Below, in pieces: positions 29,391-39,600 of a DNA stretch of 64,000 bases (position 1 is the first letter of the stretch; each line of letters begins with the position of its first letter). Position numbers and translations under genes: made by a program. Below the pieces are notes generated by a model. It searched no databases and was not told the origin of the DNA. It worked only from the letters and a program-made list of their open reading frames with translations. The DNA lies in contig OY969474.1 in assembly GCA_963700145.1 (NCBI GenBank), forward strand, positions 192,001 through 256,000, in the 5' to 3' direction. This stretch comes from an uncultured Acidobacteriota bacterium (GTDB lineage: Bacteria; Acidobacteriota; Thermoanaerobaculia; Multivoradales; UBA5704).

Positions 29391-29468
29391 CCCAGATCCT
29401 TCGCTTCGCTCAGGATGACAACCTTCACCGTCATCCTGAGCGGAGCGAAGCGAAGCGAAGGATCTGGG
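29391..29468. repeat. REP-like palindromic element (GTCATCCTGAGC family), inverted pair
   Basis: CCCAGATCCTTCGCTTCGCTCAGGATGAC...GTCATCCTGAGCGGAGCGAAGCGAAGCGAAGGATCTGGG between the pilT genes. Confidence 0.85.
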
Positions 29469-29482
29469 GGAAGGAAGCCTTG

Positions 29483-30862
29483 TCATGTGGCAGTCCCCAT
29501 GAACCGCGCCGGCTCCTCGGCGTGCCGCAGCGCCTCCTCGCGCGCCACCGTGCCGGTGCGGACCAGCTCGGCGAGCGAGGTGTCGAGGAGTGTCATGCCG
29601 TGCGCCGCGCCGGTCTGGAGCACGGAGCGGATCTGGAAGGTCTTGCTCTCGCGGATCAGGTTGGCGACGGCCTTGGTGTTGACCAGCACCTCCAGCGCCG
29701 GCACCCGCCCGGCGCCGTCGGCGCGGCGGAGAAGGCGCTGCGAGACGACGGCGCGCAGCGACTCCGAGACCATGGTGCGGATCTGCGACTGCTGCTCCGG
29801 CGGGAAGACGCCGACCAGGCGGTTGACGGTGCGCACGGCGTTGTTGGTGTGCAGGGTGGCGAAGACCAGGTGGCCGGTCTCGGCGGCGGTGAGGGCGAGC
29901 GAGATGGTCTCGAGGTCGCGCAGCTCGCCGATCACCAGCACGTCCGGGTCCTCGCGCAGGGCGGCGCGCAGGGCGCGGGCGAAGGAGCCGGTGTCGCGCC
30001 CGACCTGGCGCTGGTTGACCAGGCAGCGCAGCGACGGGTGGACGACCTCGATCGGGTCCTCGATCGTGATGATGTGGTCGCGCCGCTCCTCGTTGACGAT
30101 GTGCACGAGGGCCGCCATGGTCGCCGACTTGCCGCAGCCGGCCGGGCCGGTGAAGAGCACGATCCCCTGGTGGTAGTTGGCGAAGCGGGCGAGGGTGCGC
30201 GGCAGGCCGAGCGCGTCGAGGGTCGGCGGCGCGGCCGGGATGGCGCGGAAGACCGCGTCGAGGCCGCGCTGCTGGCGGTAGACGTTGCCGCGGAAGCGGC
30301 CGACGCCGGCGAGGGTGTAGGCCAGGTCCACTTGGCCGCCGGCGGCGAGCTGGGCGCGCTGCTCCTCGTCGAGGGCGCCGGCGGCCAGCCGCTCGGCCTC
30401 GGCGGGCGCGAGCGGCGGCGCGCCGTCCAGGGGCTCGAGCGCGCCGTCGATGCGGAGCTGGATCGGCGCGCCGGCGTGGAGGTGGACGTCGCTCGCGCCG
30501 CGCGCCACGGCGTGCGCGAGGAGGGCGTCGAGCGAGGCGCCGGCGGCGACGGCAGGCGCGGCCGGGGCGGCGGGTGCGGCGGCGGCGGATGGCTCCGCGC
30601 CGGCGGGGGAGGGCGCCGCCGCGCCCGGTGCCGGGGTCTGCGTCTGCGCCTGCTGCTTCGCCAGCAGCTCGCGCTGGGCGGCGAGGAGGCGCTCGAGGTC
30701 GCGCTCGGAGAGGCTCCCCTGGGCGATGAGGATCTCGCCCAGCCGGCGCGTGCCCCCCTCCTCGACCTGGAGGCGCGCCGCGCGCTCGAGCTGCTCGCGG
30801 GTGACCAGCTTGTAGTGCAGCGCGAGGCGGCCGAGAAGCGGCGTGTCCGACGGCAGCGCCAT
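29483..30862 (-). CDS. pilT: PilT-family ATPase with an N-terminal MshEN-type (putative c-di-GMP binding) domain
   Basis: RLGEILIAQGSLSERDLERLLAAQ motif; GPAGCGKS, TIEDPIE, LREDPD, GELRD and AVANLIRE; start MALPSD at 30862. Confidence 0.88.
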   Translation of the reverse strand: MALPSDTPLLGRLALHYKLVTREQLERAARLQVEEGGTRRLGEILIAQGSLSERDLERLLAAQRELLAKQQAQTQTPAPGAAAPSPAGAEPSAAAAPAAPAAPAVAAGASLDALLAHAVARGASDVHLHAGAPIQLRIDGALEPLDGAPPLAPAEAERLAAGALDEEQRAQLAAGGQVDLAYTLAGVGRFRGNVYRQQRGLDAVFRAIPAAPPTLDALGLPRTLARFANYHQGIVLFTGPAGCGKSATMAALVHIVNEERRDHIITIEDPIEVVHPSLRCLVNQRQVGRDTGSFARALRAALREDPDVLVIGELRDLETISLALTAAETGHLVFATLHTNNAVRTVNRLVGVFPPEQQSQIRTMVSESLRAVVSQRLLRRADGAGRVPALEVLVNTKAVANLIRESKTFQIRSVLQTGAAHGMTLLDTSLAELVRTGTVAREEALRHAEEPARFMGTAT

Positions 30863-30882
30863 ATTCGGTAGTCTAGCGGGCC

Positions 30883-33117
30883 GTGCGCAACCTCCTCGCC
30901 GGGCTCCTGCTGCTGGCGCTGGTCCTCGCCCTGGTCGTGGTCCGCTACCGGGAGCCCGCGCCGCGCGGGGCGGAGGCGCCGGCGGCGGAGTTCTCGGCGG
31001 CACGCGCCGGCGCCCTGCTGCGCGAGATCGCCGGGCCGGAAGTGCCGCACCCGGTGGGGACGGCCGAGAACGCGCGGGTGCGGGCGCGGGTGGCGGCGGT
31101 CCTGGCGCGGTTGGGCTACTCCGTCGAGGAGCAGGACGCGGTCGGCTGCCACCCGGCCGGGCAGTGCGCGCGGGTGCGGAACCTGATCGCCCGCCTCCCC
31201 GGCCGCGAGCCGGATGGCACCCTCCTCCTCGCCACCCACTACGACTCGGTCGCCGCCGGCCCCGGCGTCGGCGACGACCTGGTCGGCGTCGCCGCCCTGC
31301 TCGAGACGGCGCGCGCGCTGCGCGCCGGCCGCCTGCCGCGGCACACCATCGTCTTCCTGATCGACGACGGCGAGGAGGCCGGCTTGCTCGGCGCCCACGC
31401 CTTCATGGCGCGGCACCCGCTGGCGCGGGAGGTGGACTTCGTCGTCAACGTCGAAGCGCGCGGCACCTCCGGCCCGAGCCTCATGTTCGAGACCGACCGC
31501 GACAACGCCTGGGCGGTCGGCCGCTTCGCGCGCGCGGCGCCGCGGCCGCTCACCAGCTCGCTCTTCTCGACCATCTACGAGCGGATGCCGAACGACACCG
31601 ACTTCACGGTGTTCAAGGCCGCCGGGCTGCGCGGCCTCAACTTTGCCTTCATCGGCCGACCGGCGCACTACCACACGCAGCTCGACAACCTCGCCAACAC
31701 GTCGGCCGGGAGCCTGCAGCACCACGGCGAGAACCTCCTCGCCGCCGCCCGCGCGCTGGCCGACGGCGACCTCGCGCGGGCGCCGCGCGGCGCCGCGGTC
31801 TTCTTCGACGTCCTCGGCTGGTTCGTGGTGCGCTGGCCGGCCGGCTGGACAATACCGCTCGCGCTCCTGGCGCTGGCGCTCCTCGGCGTGACGGCGGTGC
31901 GTCTCGACCGGCGCGGCCGGCTGCCGCGAGCGCGCGTCGCCCTCGGCCTGCTGGCGGCGCCGGCGATGACGCTCGCTGCCGCCGTCGCGGGGGTGCTCCT
32001 GGGGCTGGCGCTCATTTCGCGCGGCGCCTACGCCGCGAAGTGGCTCGCCGAGCCGCTGGCGGTCGCGCCCTTCTGGCTGGCGGCGATCGCGGCGGGGCTC
32101 TTCGCCGCGGCGCCGCTCGCCCGCCGGGTCGGGGGCGAAGCCGCCTGGCTCGGCGTCTGGACGTTCTGGGCGCTGCTCGCCCTGGTCGTCGGCGCGACGC
32201 TCCCCGGCCTTTCCTTCCTCTTCATCGCGCCGGCGCTCGTCGCCGGGCTCGCCGGGGCGCTAGCTCCCGGCGCGGCGGTCACCGCGCTCCTGCCGCTCGC
32301 CGCCGCCGGCGCCCTCTGGTTCCCGATCGTGCGCTTCCTGCCGGACGCGTTGGCCATGGGCATCCTGCCGACCGTCGCGGCGCTCGTCGGGCTGGCGACC
32401 TCCGGCCTCGCGCCGCTGGCGGCGACGGTGGAGAAGCGCGCCGGCCGATGGGTCGCGGCCGGCCTCGCGCTCGCCGCCCTGGCCTTCGCCGGCTGGGGTC
32501 TGGCGCTGCCGCCCTTCACGCCGGCGTCGCCGCAGGCGGTCAACGTTGGCTTCCACCAGGATTTCGACGCTGCCGGCCGCACCGTGCGGTCGCGCCTCTA
32601 CAGCTACAGCGAGCCGCAGCGCCTGCCGCGCCCGCTGGCGGACGCGGCCGCCTGGCGCGACGAGCCGCAGCCGCTGTACCCGTGGGTCGATGTCGGCGTG
32701 CTGGAGGCGCCGGCGGCGCCGCTCGCGCTGCCGCCGCCGGAGCTGGTCGTGGCGGGGAGCGGCCGCCTGCGGCTGGTCTCGCGCCGCGGGGCGCCGATCG
32801 TCGGGATCGCCCTGCCGCCGGACGCCGGGGTGCGGGGAGCGACGGTGGCTGGCACGCCGGTGCCGGAGGCGGCGGCGGAGCCCGGCTGGCGGGTCTTCAC
32901 CTACACCGGGGCGCCGCCGGAGGGGGTCGAGGTGGAGCTGGCGCGCGACGGCGGGGGACTGATCGAGGCCTACGTCTTCGATCGCTCGTACGGCCTGCCG
33001 CCGGAGGGGGAGCAGGTGGTCCGTCGCCGCCCGACGACCGCGGTGCCCCTCGGTGGCGGGGACGTGACCGTGTTCACGCGAGCGGTGCGGCTGCCAGGAA
33101 AAACGCCCGGCACGTAG
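30883..33117 (+). CDS. M28 family metallopeptidase with a multi-TM C-terminal region
   Basis: THYDSV, GVGDD, DGEEAGLLGA, NVEARG, NDTDF and HYHT motifs followed by TM helices. Confidence 0.9.
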   Translation: MRNLLAGLLLLALVLALVVVRYREPAPRGAEAPAAEFSAARAGALLREIAGPEVPHPVGTAENARVRARVAAVLARLGYSVEEQDAVGCHPAGQCARVRNLIARLPGREPDGTLLLATHYDSVAAGPGVGDDLVGVAALLETARALRAGRLPRHTIVFLIDDGEEAGLLGAHAFMARHPLAREVDFVVNVEARGTSGPSLMFETDRDNAWAVGRFARAAPRPLTSSLFSTIYERMPNDTDFTVFKAAGLRGLNFAFIGRPAHYHTQLDNLANTSAGSLQHHGENLLAAARALADGDLARAPRGAAVFFDVLGWFVVRWPAGWTIPLALLALALLGVTAVRLDRRGRLPRARVALGLLAAPAMTLAAAVAGVLLGLALISRGAYAAKWLAEPLAVAPFWLAAIAAGLFAAAPLARRVGGEAAWLGVWTFWALLALVVGATLPGLSFLFIAPALVAGLAGALAPGAAVTALLPLAAAGALWFPIVRFLPDALAMGILPTVAALVGLATSGLAPLAATVEKRAGRWVAAGLALAALAFAGWGLALPPFTPASPQAVNVGFHQDFDAAGRTVRSRLYSYSEPQRLPRPLADAAAWRDEPQPLYPWVDVGVLEAPAAPLALPPPELVVAGSGRLRLVSRRGAPIVGIALPPDAGVRGATVAGTPVPEAAAEPGWRVFTYTGAPPEGVEVELARDGGGLIEAYVFDRSYGLPPEGEQVVRRRPTTAVPLGGGDVTVFTRAVRLPGKTPGT

Positions 33118-33170
33118 GCCGGGCGCTACGAATCTTTGCGCCGTAGCGCCCGGGCTACGTCCCGGGCGTT
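33102..33170. repeat. GTAG-type REP doublet (inverted pair)
   Basis: AACGCCCGGCACGTAGGCCGGGCGCTAC ... GTAGCGCCCGGGCTACGTCCCGGGCGTT; third copy at 34982. Confidence 0.8.
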
Positions 33171-33180
33171 CTCCGTGCCG

Positions 33181-33513
33181 CTACTCGCCCTTCTGCGCGA
33201 TCGAGGCCACCTTGATGGTCGTCCCCTCGACCGACCCCTTGACGATCACCTCGTGGCCGAGGTGCTCCAGGGCCAGCTCCTGGTTGTCGAGCTTGTAGAG
33301 CTGCTCGTCGGCCGGGTTGTAGAGGACCAGCGTGCCGCCGTTGCCGAGGCACTTCTCGGCGCAGGCCTTGTGCTCGGCGTTAGCGCCCTTGGCGCCGCAG
33401 CTGTCGTCGGTGATCCAGCCGGTCCACTCGCCGTCGCGGGGCTGGGCGGAGAGAGGGAGACCGGCGGCGAGGACGAGGAGCAGCGCGCAGAGCGCGATCA
33501 TCGCTTTGTGCAT
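33181..33513 (-). CDS. Small secreted Cys-containing OB-fold-like protein
   Basis: AGGAGG RBS; signal peptide; WTGWITDDSCG...HKACAEKC...YKLDNQ...VIVKGSV. Confidence 0.75.
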   Translation of the reverse strand: MHKAMIALCALLLVLAAGLPLSAQPRDGEWTGWITDDSCGAKGANAEHKACAEKCLGNGGTLVLYNPADEQLYKLDNQELALEHLGHEVIVKGSVEGTTIKVASIAQKGE

Positions 33514-33555
33514 GTTCGTTCCTCCTGAGAGAGCCCGCAGCCTATCATCCGCCCC

Positions 33556-34332
33556 GTGCCGACCCTCCGCCTGACGCTGGAGTACGAGGGGACCCGCTAC
33601 CGCGGCTGGCAGGAGCAGAAGAACGCGCGCTCGGTGGCGGGGGAGCTGCGGCGGGCGGTCGAGGAGGTGGCGGGCGCGGTGGGGGAGCTGGGCGGCTCCG
33701 GGCGGACCGACGCCGGCGTCCACGCGCTGGCGCAGGTGGCGCACCTGCGGCTGGCGCGCAAGGTCGAGCCCGAGCGCTTCCGCCGCGAGGTGAACGACCG
33801 CCTGCCGCCCGACATCCACCTCCTCGCCGCCGCCGCCGCGCCCGACCGCTTCCACGCCCGCCACGACGCCGTCCTGCGCAGCTACCTCTACCAGGTCTCG
33901 ACCCGCCGCACCGCCCTCGCCAAGCGCTTCGTCTGGTGGGTCAAGCGCCCGCTCGACGTCGGCGCCATGCGCGCCGCGGCGGCGCACCTGGCGGGCAAGC
34001 ACGACTTCCGGCTCTTCTGCGAGAAGCCGGCCGAGCAGACCTCGACCCTCGTCGTCGTCGAGCGGGCGGAGCTGGCGGCGGACGGCGCGCTCGTCCTCGT
34101 CCGCCTCGCCGCCTCCCACTTCCTCTGGAAGATGGTGCGGCGCGTCACCGGCGCGCTCGTCGAGGTGGGGAGCGGGGCGCTCGGGGTCGAGGACTTCGCG
34201 GCGCTCGTCGCCGGGTGCGGCAAGGCACACGCCGAATGGACCGCGCCGCCGTCGGGACTCTTCCTCGAGCGCGTGGTCTATCCTGGCGATCCGCCGCTCG
34301 GGCCGCTGGCCGCGGCGGTGCCGGTCCGATGA
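33556..34332 (+). CDS. truA: tRNA pseudouridine(38-40) synthase
   Basis: LEYEGTRYRGWQ, SGRTDAGVHALAQVAH, FHARH, FLWKMVR and TAPPSGLFL. Confidence 0.93.
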   Translation: MPTLRLTLEYEGTRYRGWQEQKNARSVAGELRRAVEEVAGAVGELGGSGRTDAGVHALAQVAHLRLARKVEPERFRREVNDRLPPDIHLLAAAAAPDRFHARHDAVLRSYLYQVSTRRTALAKRFVWWVKRPLDVGAMRAAAAHLAGKHDFRLFCEKPAEQTSTLVVVERAELAADGALVLVRLAASHFLWKMVRRVTGALVEVGSGALGVEDFAALVAGCGKAHAEWTAPPSGLFLERVVYPGDPPLGPLAAAVPVR

Positions 34333-34985
34333 ACCTCCTCCACACCGCCCACGTCCCGGCCGGCGACGGGCCGTTTCCGACGGTCCTGGCCATCCACGGC
34401 TGGGGAGCGAGCGCGCACGACCTGCTGGGCTTGGCGCCGCTCCTCCACGGCGGCCGCGCGCTCGTCCTCTGCCCCGAGGGGGAGGTCGAGGTGCCGATCG
34501 GCGGCGGCATGGTCGGGCACGGCTGGTTCCCGCTGACCTTGAACGCGCCGCCGGACCTGCCCGCCTTCCGCCGCGGCGCCGACGCCCTGCGCGCCTTCCT
34601 CGACGCGGCGCTGGAGCGCTATCCGATCGACCCCAAGCGCCTGGTGGCCTTGGGCTTCAGCCAGGGGGGCGCCCTGGCCTACGACCTCGTGCTCAGCGAC
34701 CCCGCCCGCTTCGCCGGCCTCGCCGCGCTGTCGTCCTGGTTCCCGCGCGAGGTCGCGGCCGAGATCGAGAAGAAGCCCGAGCACGAGGGGCTGCCGGTCC
34801 TCATCCTCCACGGCACCCGCGACCAGCTCCTCGGGGTCGAGCGCGCCCGCGAGTCGCGCGAGGCCGTCCGCCCCTACGGCGTCGCCCTCACCTACCGCGA
34901 GCTGGAGATGGGCCACGAGATCAACGCCGAGGCCCTGCGCCTCCTCGTCCGCTGGCTCGACGAAAAGGCCCTGGCGTCCCCGTAG
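34329..34985 (+). CDS. Phospholipase/carboxylesterase (alpha/beta hydrolase)
   Basis: IHGWG, GFSQGG nucleophile, HGTRD and MGHEI; ATG at 34329 overlaps the truA stop. Confidence 0.88.
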   Translation: MNLLHTAHVPAGDGPFPTVLAIHGWGASAHDLLGLAPLLHGGRALVLCPEGEVEVPIGGGMVGHGWFPLTLNAPPDLPAFRRGADALRAFLDAALERYPIDPKRLVALGFSQGGALAYDLVLSDPARFAGLAALSSWFPREVAAEIEKKPEHEGLPVLILHGTRDQLLGVERARESREAVRPYGVALTYRELEMGHEINAEALRLLVRWLDEKALASP

Positions 34986-35009
34986 CGCCCGGCCCACGTG
35001 CCGGGCGTT
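34982..35009 (+). repeat. GTAG-type REP element
   Basis: GTAGCGCCCGGCCCACGTGCCGGGCGTT; supplies the esterase TAG stop. Confidence 0.75.
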
Positions 35010-35086
35010 TTGCACACCGAGCTGCACAAAGGCGATAGAGCGGTTAGAATAAACTCCACAACTGGCTCTTCTCGAAGGAGGACTCC

Positions 35087-36316
35087 ATGCGCCCGAACCC
35101 GTTCCGTTGGTTGACCGCCCTTCTCCTCTTGACCGCCCTGGCCGTCCCGGCCGGCGCCGCGGTCGGCCCCCTGAGCACCGAGTTCCGCGTCAACCCCACC
35201 AACGACTTCCGGCAGGTGAACCCGGTGGCCGCCTTCGCGCCGTCGGGCGCCGCCCTCGTCGTCTGGGAGAACGACCAGGCCGGCATCCGCGGCCGGTTCC
35301 ACAACCTCCGCGGCGTCGCCCTCGGCGACCAGCTCACGCTGGTGGCGAACCAGGGGCTCGGCGGCGGCCGCGAGGGCGAGGTGCGCTTCCGCAAGGAGCC
35401 CGCCCTGGCCTTCCTCCCGAACGGCCAGTTCCTCCTCGCCTGGACCGAGGAGCGGATGTTCGTGCGGTCCTACCCCTACATCGAGGAGCGGGACGTCCGC
35501 GACCAGGACGTCCTCGTGCAGCGCTTCGACGCGACCGGCCGGCCGTCCGGCGACCGCTTCCGCGTCAACGCCCAGGAGGCCGGCCTCCAGTCCGCGCCGG
35601 AGCTCGCCCTCCTCGCCAACGGCAACGCGCTCGTCGTCTGGGAGAGCAAGGCCGGCGAGGGCAGGACGCTCGTCGCGCGGCCGATCACCCGCCTCGGCCG
35701 CCCGAACGGCGACGAGATCGTTCTGAGCTCCCATCCGGAGGCCGGCCGCGCCGCGGTCGCCGCCGGCCGCGGCGGCTTCCTGGTCACCTGGGACGAGAAC
35801 GGCGCCGGCACCGGCGAAGTCTTCGGACGGCTCATCGGCGCCTCGGGCCAGGCGCAAGGCGCCGCCTTCGCCGTGACCTCCGGGATCGGCTCGAAGCGCT
35901 GGTCGGCGGTCGCCGCCGGCGCCGACGGCAACTACCTCGTCGCCTGGCACAACACCCTCGAGCGCGGAGTCGTCCACATCTACGGCCAGTTCCTGGGCGC
36001 GGCCGGCGGCTTCCTCGGCGCGCCGTTCCAGATCAGCGGCAGTACCCGTTCGCAGGTCGCCCCCGCCCTGGCCGCCGCCCGCAGCGGCTTCATCGCCACC
36101 TGGCGCGAGTCGTACCCCTCCGGCCTGGGCATCCGCGCCATCGAGCTCGACCACCTCGGCGCCCGCGTCGGCGACGAGATCGAAGTGACCAGGACCGGCG
36201 TGTCGAAGAACTACCGCACCAACGTCGCCGCCGACGGCAAGGGCGGCTTCCTCGTCCCCTGGGAAACCGGCTTCCGCGGCAGGCGAGTCATCGCGGCGAG
36301 GAGCCTCGGGCAGTAG
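35087..36316 (+). CDS. Secreted repeat protein (FRVN...Q..P.VA....G.FLV.W blades)
   Basis: GGAGGA RBS; signal peptide; about six internal repeats. Confidence 0.75.
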   Translation: MRPNPFRWLTALLLLTALAVPAGAAVGPLSTEFRVNPTNDFRQVNPVAAFAPSGAALVVWENDQAGIRGRFHNLRGVALGDQLTLVANQGLGGGREGEVRFRKEPALAFLPNGQFLLAWTEERMFVRSYPYIEERDVRDQDVLVQRFDATGRPSGDRFRVNAQEAGLQSAPELALLANGNALVVWESKAGEGRTLVARPITRLGRPNGDEIVLSSHPEAGRAAVAAGRGGFLVTWDENGAGTGEVFGRLIGASGQAQGAAFAVTSGIGSKRWSAVAAGADGNYLVAWHNTLERGVVHIYGQFLGAAGGFLGAPFQISGSTRSQVAPALAAARSGFIATWRESYPSGLGIRAIELDHLGARVGDEIEVTRTGVSKNYRTNVAADGKGGFLVPWETGFRGRRVIAARSLGQ

Positions 36317-36325
36317 GGCTGGCTT

Positions 36326-36456
36326 GTAGGGGCGGAGCTCGTCTCCGCCCCAGCCTTGTCATCCCAGGCGGTCCCCGCCTTGTCACCCCAAGCGGCCCCC
36401 GCCTTGTCATTCCGAGCGGCGCCGCCTGTCATCCCGAGCGCAGCGAGGGATCTGGG
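36326..36456. repeat. Composite repeat: GTAG hairpin + four ~24-bp GCCTTGTCAYYCC units ending in a GTCATCCCGAGCGCAGCGAGGGATCT element
   Basis: TTGTCA at 36356, 36380 and 36404 (24-bp period) and CTGTCA at 36426. Confidence 0.75.
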
Positions 36457-36534
36457 CGGGGGGCTCCTATCTTCTGTGTTACCCTAGCTTTCGGCCCCGG
36501 CGGACCCGCGCCCACCCGCGGCCCCCGCCACCAC

Positions 36535-36610
36535 GTCCCCATCGTCTAGAGGCCTAGGACTCCGCCCTTTCAAGGCGGCAACACGGGTTCGAATCCCGTT
36601 GGGGATACCA
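36535..36610 (+). tRNA. tRNA-Glu (anticodon TTC)
   Basis: GTCCCCA acceptor stem, CCGCC-CTTTCAA-GGCGG anticodon arm, GGTTCGAATCC T-arm and encoded CCA. Confidence 0.97.
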
Positions 36611-36624
36611 CTGTGGGGCTTTGG

Positions 36625-39600
36625 TTAAGTCTGAATCGCTAACCCTTCCAACCGCAGAAAGTGCACCGTCCCCCCCACGTCGCCAGCGACCAGAGTTCTT
36701 CCATCTGGCATGACGGTTAGAGAGCTCAGGCTCGTATCTAGGTGGAGGTTCACTACGGGTCTACCGATCTTCAGGTCCCATAGCTTAATCGTCTGATCCT
36801 GGCTGGCAGAGGCAAGGAGCTTCGGAGAGATAGAGGCCAGGCCAGTCACCGCACTCTCATGCCCCCTGAGCAACTGGACGGTTTCCTTTGAACCCAGATT
36901 CCAGATGCGAATTGTATTGTCGAGCGACCCCGAGGCGAGAAGGTTCCGATCGACGACTGCCAGGGACACAACTCCTTTCTCGTGACCTCGGAGATAAAAG
37001 GTCCCTCGATCCGATGGCGCTGACAATTCCAGGTGAAACACCAAACCACCATAGGTGCCGAAGATGATGAATCGGCCATCAACGGCGCAAAGTGCCCCCA
37101 CGCCATTCGGGAAGACTGGGAGGTCCGCCACCTTCTGGCCGCTAGCGATATGCCAGACTTGAATCCCCTGATCGCTTGTCAGAGGATCGACTGGTGCCGC
37201 GAGAATAAGATCGCGGTCGAATACAGCAAGGGCTCCGACTTTCTGCGGGCATTGGATGGTGTTCAGCAATTCGCCCGTTCGCGGATTCCAGATACGAATG
37301 GTGCCTTCCGAAGAAGAAGACGATGCCACACGCTCCGAGCCAAGGGCGCAGACGGAACTAACCGCTTCCGAGTGGCCCTCAAGAGATCGTAAGAGCACAC
37401 CTTCCGCCGCATTCCAAACATGCACAGGGCCGTCCGACGAGGTAGAGACGGCGGTCGCGGCGTCGAGCGCAGCGACGGCGTAGACGCTTCCGGGGGGTTT
37501 CTCGCTTACTCTAGCCCGAAGAGTCTCAATCGCCCATACGGAGAGTCTGCCATCCTTCGAACCACAAAGCAGATGACTTGTACCAAAACGCGCCAGCGCG
37601 GTCACGCCGCCACCTGGAACGTGAATCTCGGTGCCTACTACAGTGCCAGTCTCGGGATTCCACAGTTGAATCTCAGAGAGCCCGCCAACTGGTGAGACAC
37701 CAAGATCTCTCCCTAACACACAAAGTGCATCCAAACTGACAGAGCGATACCTGAGGGATCGCCGAGGCTTGGTCTCTCGAGACAGCGGCTTCCAGATTTG
37801 AATCTCTCCAGCGCAAGTGCCGAGGATCACTTCGCTCGAAGTCCTGACTTCCAATGCCTCTCCGGCAAACACGGGGAGCGTAAGGGTTTTGAGCTGCCGG
37901 CCGCTGGGAAGATTCCACACCCTAAGAGTTCGGTCCTTGCCGATGGAGACCATCGTGCGAGCATCGAGGTAGCCGATGCCGTTGATTTTCGATTCATGGC
38001 CAAGGAAAGCCCGCAACGGCCGCTCTGCGTCGATACGCCAGCGGAGTAGGGTCCCGTCCTCGGCACCAGAAATGAATTCCCCGTCACGCGCCCGGAGCGC
38101 GGTAATAGGCGAGTCGTGTTCCGCGAAGCTTCGGATGACCTTCTCTCCGGCAAGATCCCAGAGCCGAATAACACCATCGTCGGAGGCTGCGAGCAGCCGG
38201 TTTGGGGTGATCATCGCTAGATGCCGAATGGGGCTGCTAGTTCCGTAAATAGTTGCGACCAGCTCGCCAGAGGCAAAGTCCCAAAGATGGATCGCACCAT
38301 CGGTCCCTGCTGTTGCAAGACGGTTCTCATCCAACTGGGCAATCGCCCGAATTTCGCCTTGATGAGCTTGGAGGGAATACGTGAGCGGGTCATTTGGCCT
38401 TCGAAGTGTCGGGGCAAGGGGCCGAAGCCAGGATGTGGTGTGATCAACGACTGCTCCTCCGAGAAGGCTCGCGATTCTCGCGGACGAGGAGCTCTCAAGC
38501 CGGCCGTGCAGGTGGCTGGGTAGCTGAGAGAGATCCTTCATGAGGACGCTGCGGGAAAGAAGAAGTGCTTCCCGAACGGACTTGGCGTCCCCGTTGCCCG
38601 CAAGGAGCTCATAGTCGGCCATGGCCGCGTTCACATCGGTTGCGGAAAGCTTCCTCTCGAGCCAGGCATAGGAAAAGAGCAGCTCCTCGAGAACGTGCTC
38701 TCTGCCGCTCTCCTTCAGATGGTAGGGAAGTCGCGCTACGAAGTATCGATGGGGCTCTCCGTCTTGCCTATCGGCCTCAATCCTCTGGAGCTCAAGGTAG
38801 CTGTCCACCAAGGCTCCCTGGTAAGACTGCGTCTCGGCCCTATGCTCCCGTAGGAGGTAAGCGCGCATCACGTCGTGAAGCTGAATCCAGCGGCCGACTG
38901 GATCGAACCGGTAGAGCAGAGACATCTCCGCCAGCCGGCGGCAGACGCGGGCAACCTCTTGCTCTCCTGTCTTCCAAAGTAGCTGAAGCACAGGCAAGGG
39001 GATACGCTCATCTTCTGGGAAGACGGCCAGCCGTGCGTAATGCTCCCGGTCCTCGGATGAAAGGCGCTGGAGGCTCGCGTCAACGGTCCGTCGAACGGCA
39101 AGGTTCCTGGCCTCCTCGTCTTCGCGATCGAAGGCTGTGAGTCCCATCTCCCCGAGTGTCTCTTCTACGATCCGAAAGGCCTCGTTGGCGGCAACACCAT
39201 CACGGTACTCCTCCCGTAGCTGGGCGTTGACCAGCTTGAGAAGGATTGGCCACTCTCCGAGCTTTGCTGCCAATCGCTCAAGCGTGGACACCGTAGGAAG
39301 AGGACTCAAGCCCTGTCCCAAGAGCTCTACTGCTCGCGGGACCTCAAGGGCATCGACCACCACCGTATGGGCAGCGGTCGGCAGCGCTCGAGTGTTACGC
39401 GTGGTGATCAGCAGTGAAGCCGGAGTCGCGATCCCGGCGAAGGGCGCCACGTCCGCGGCAAGCCACACGTCGTCCAGCACCAAGAGCACCCGCTGGCCGG
39501 ACAGACTTTCGCGGAGAAAGCCTGCTGCGGACTCCAGCGTCTCATACGAAGGTTGCTCCTTCCGGGTCCACCAACGCAGCAGATCTCTGACCCTAGCCAA

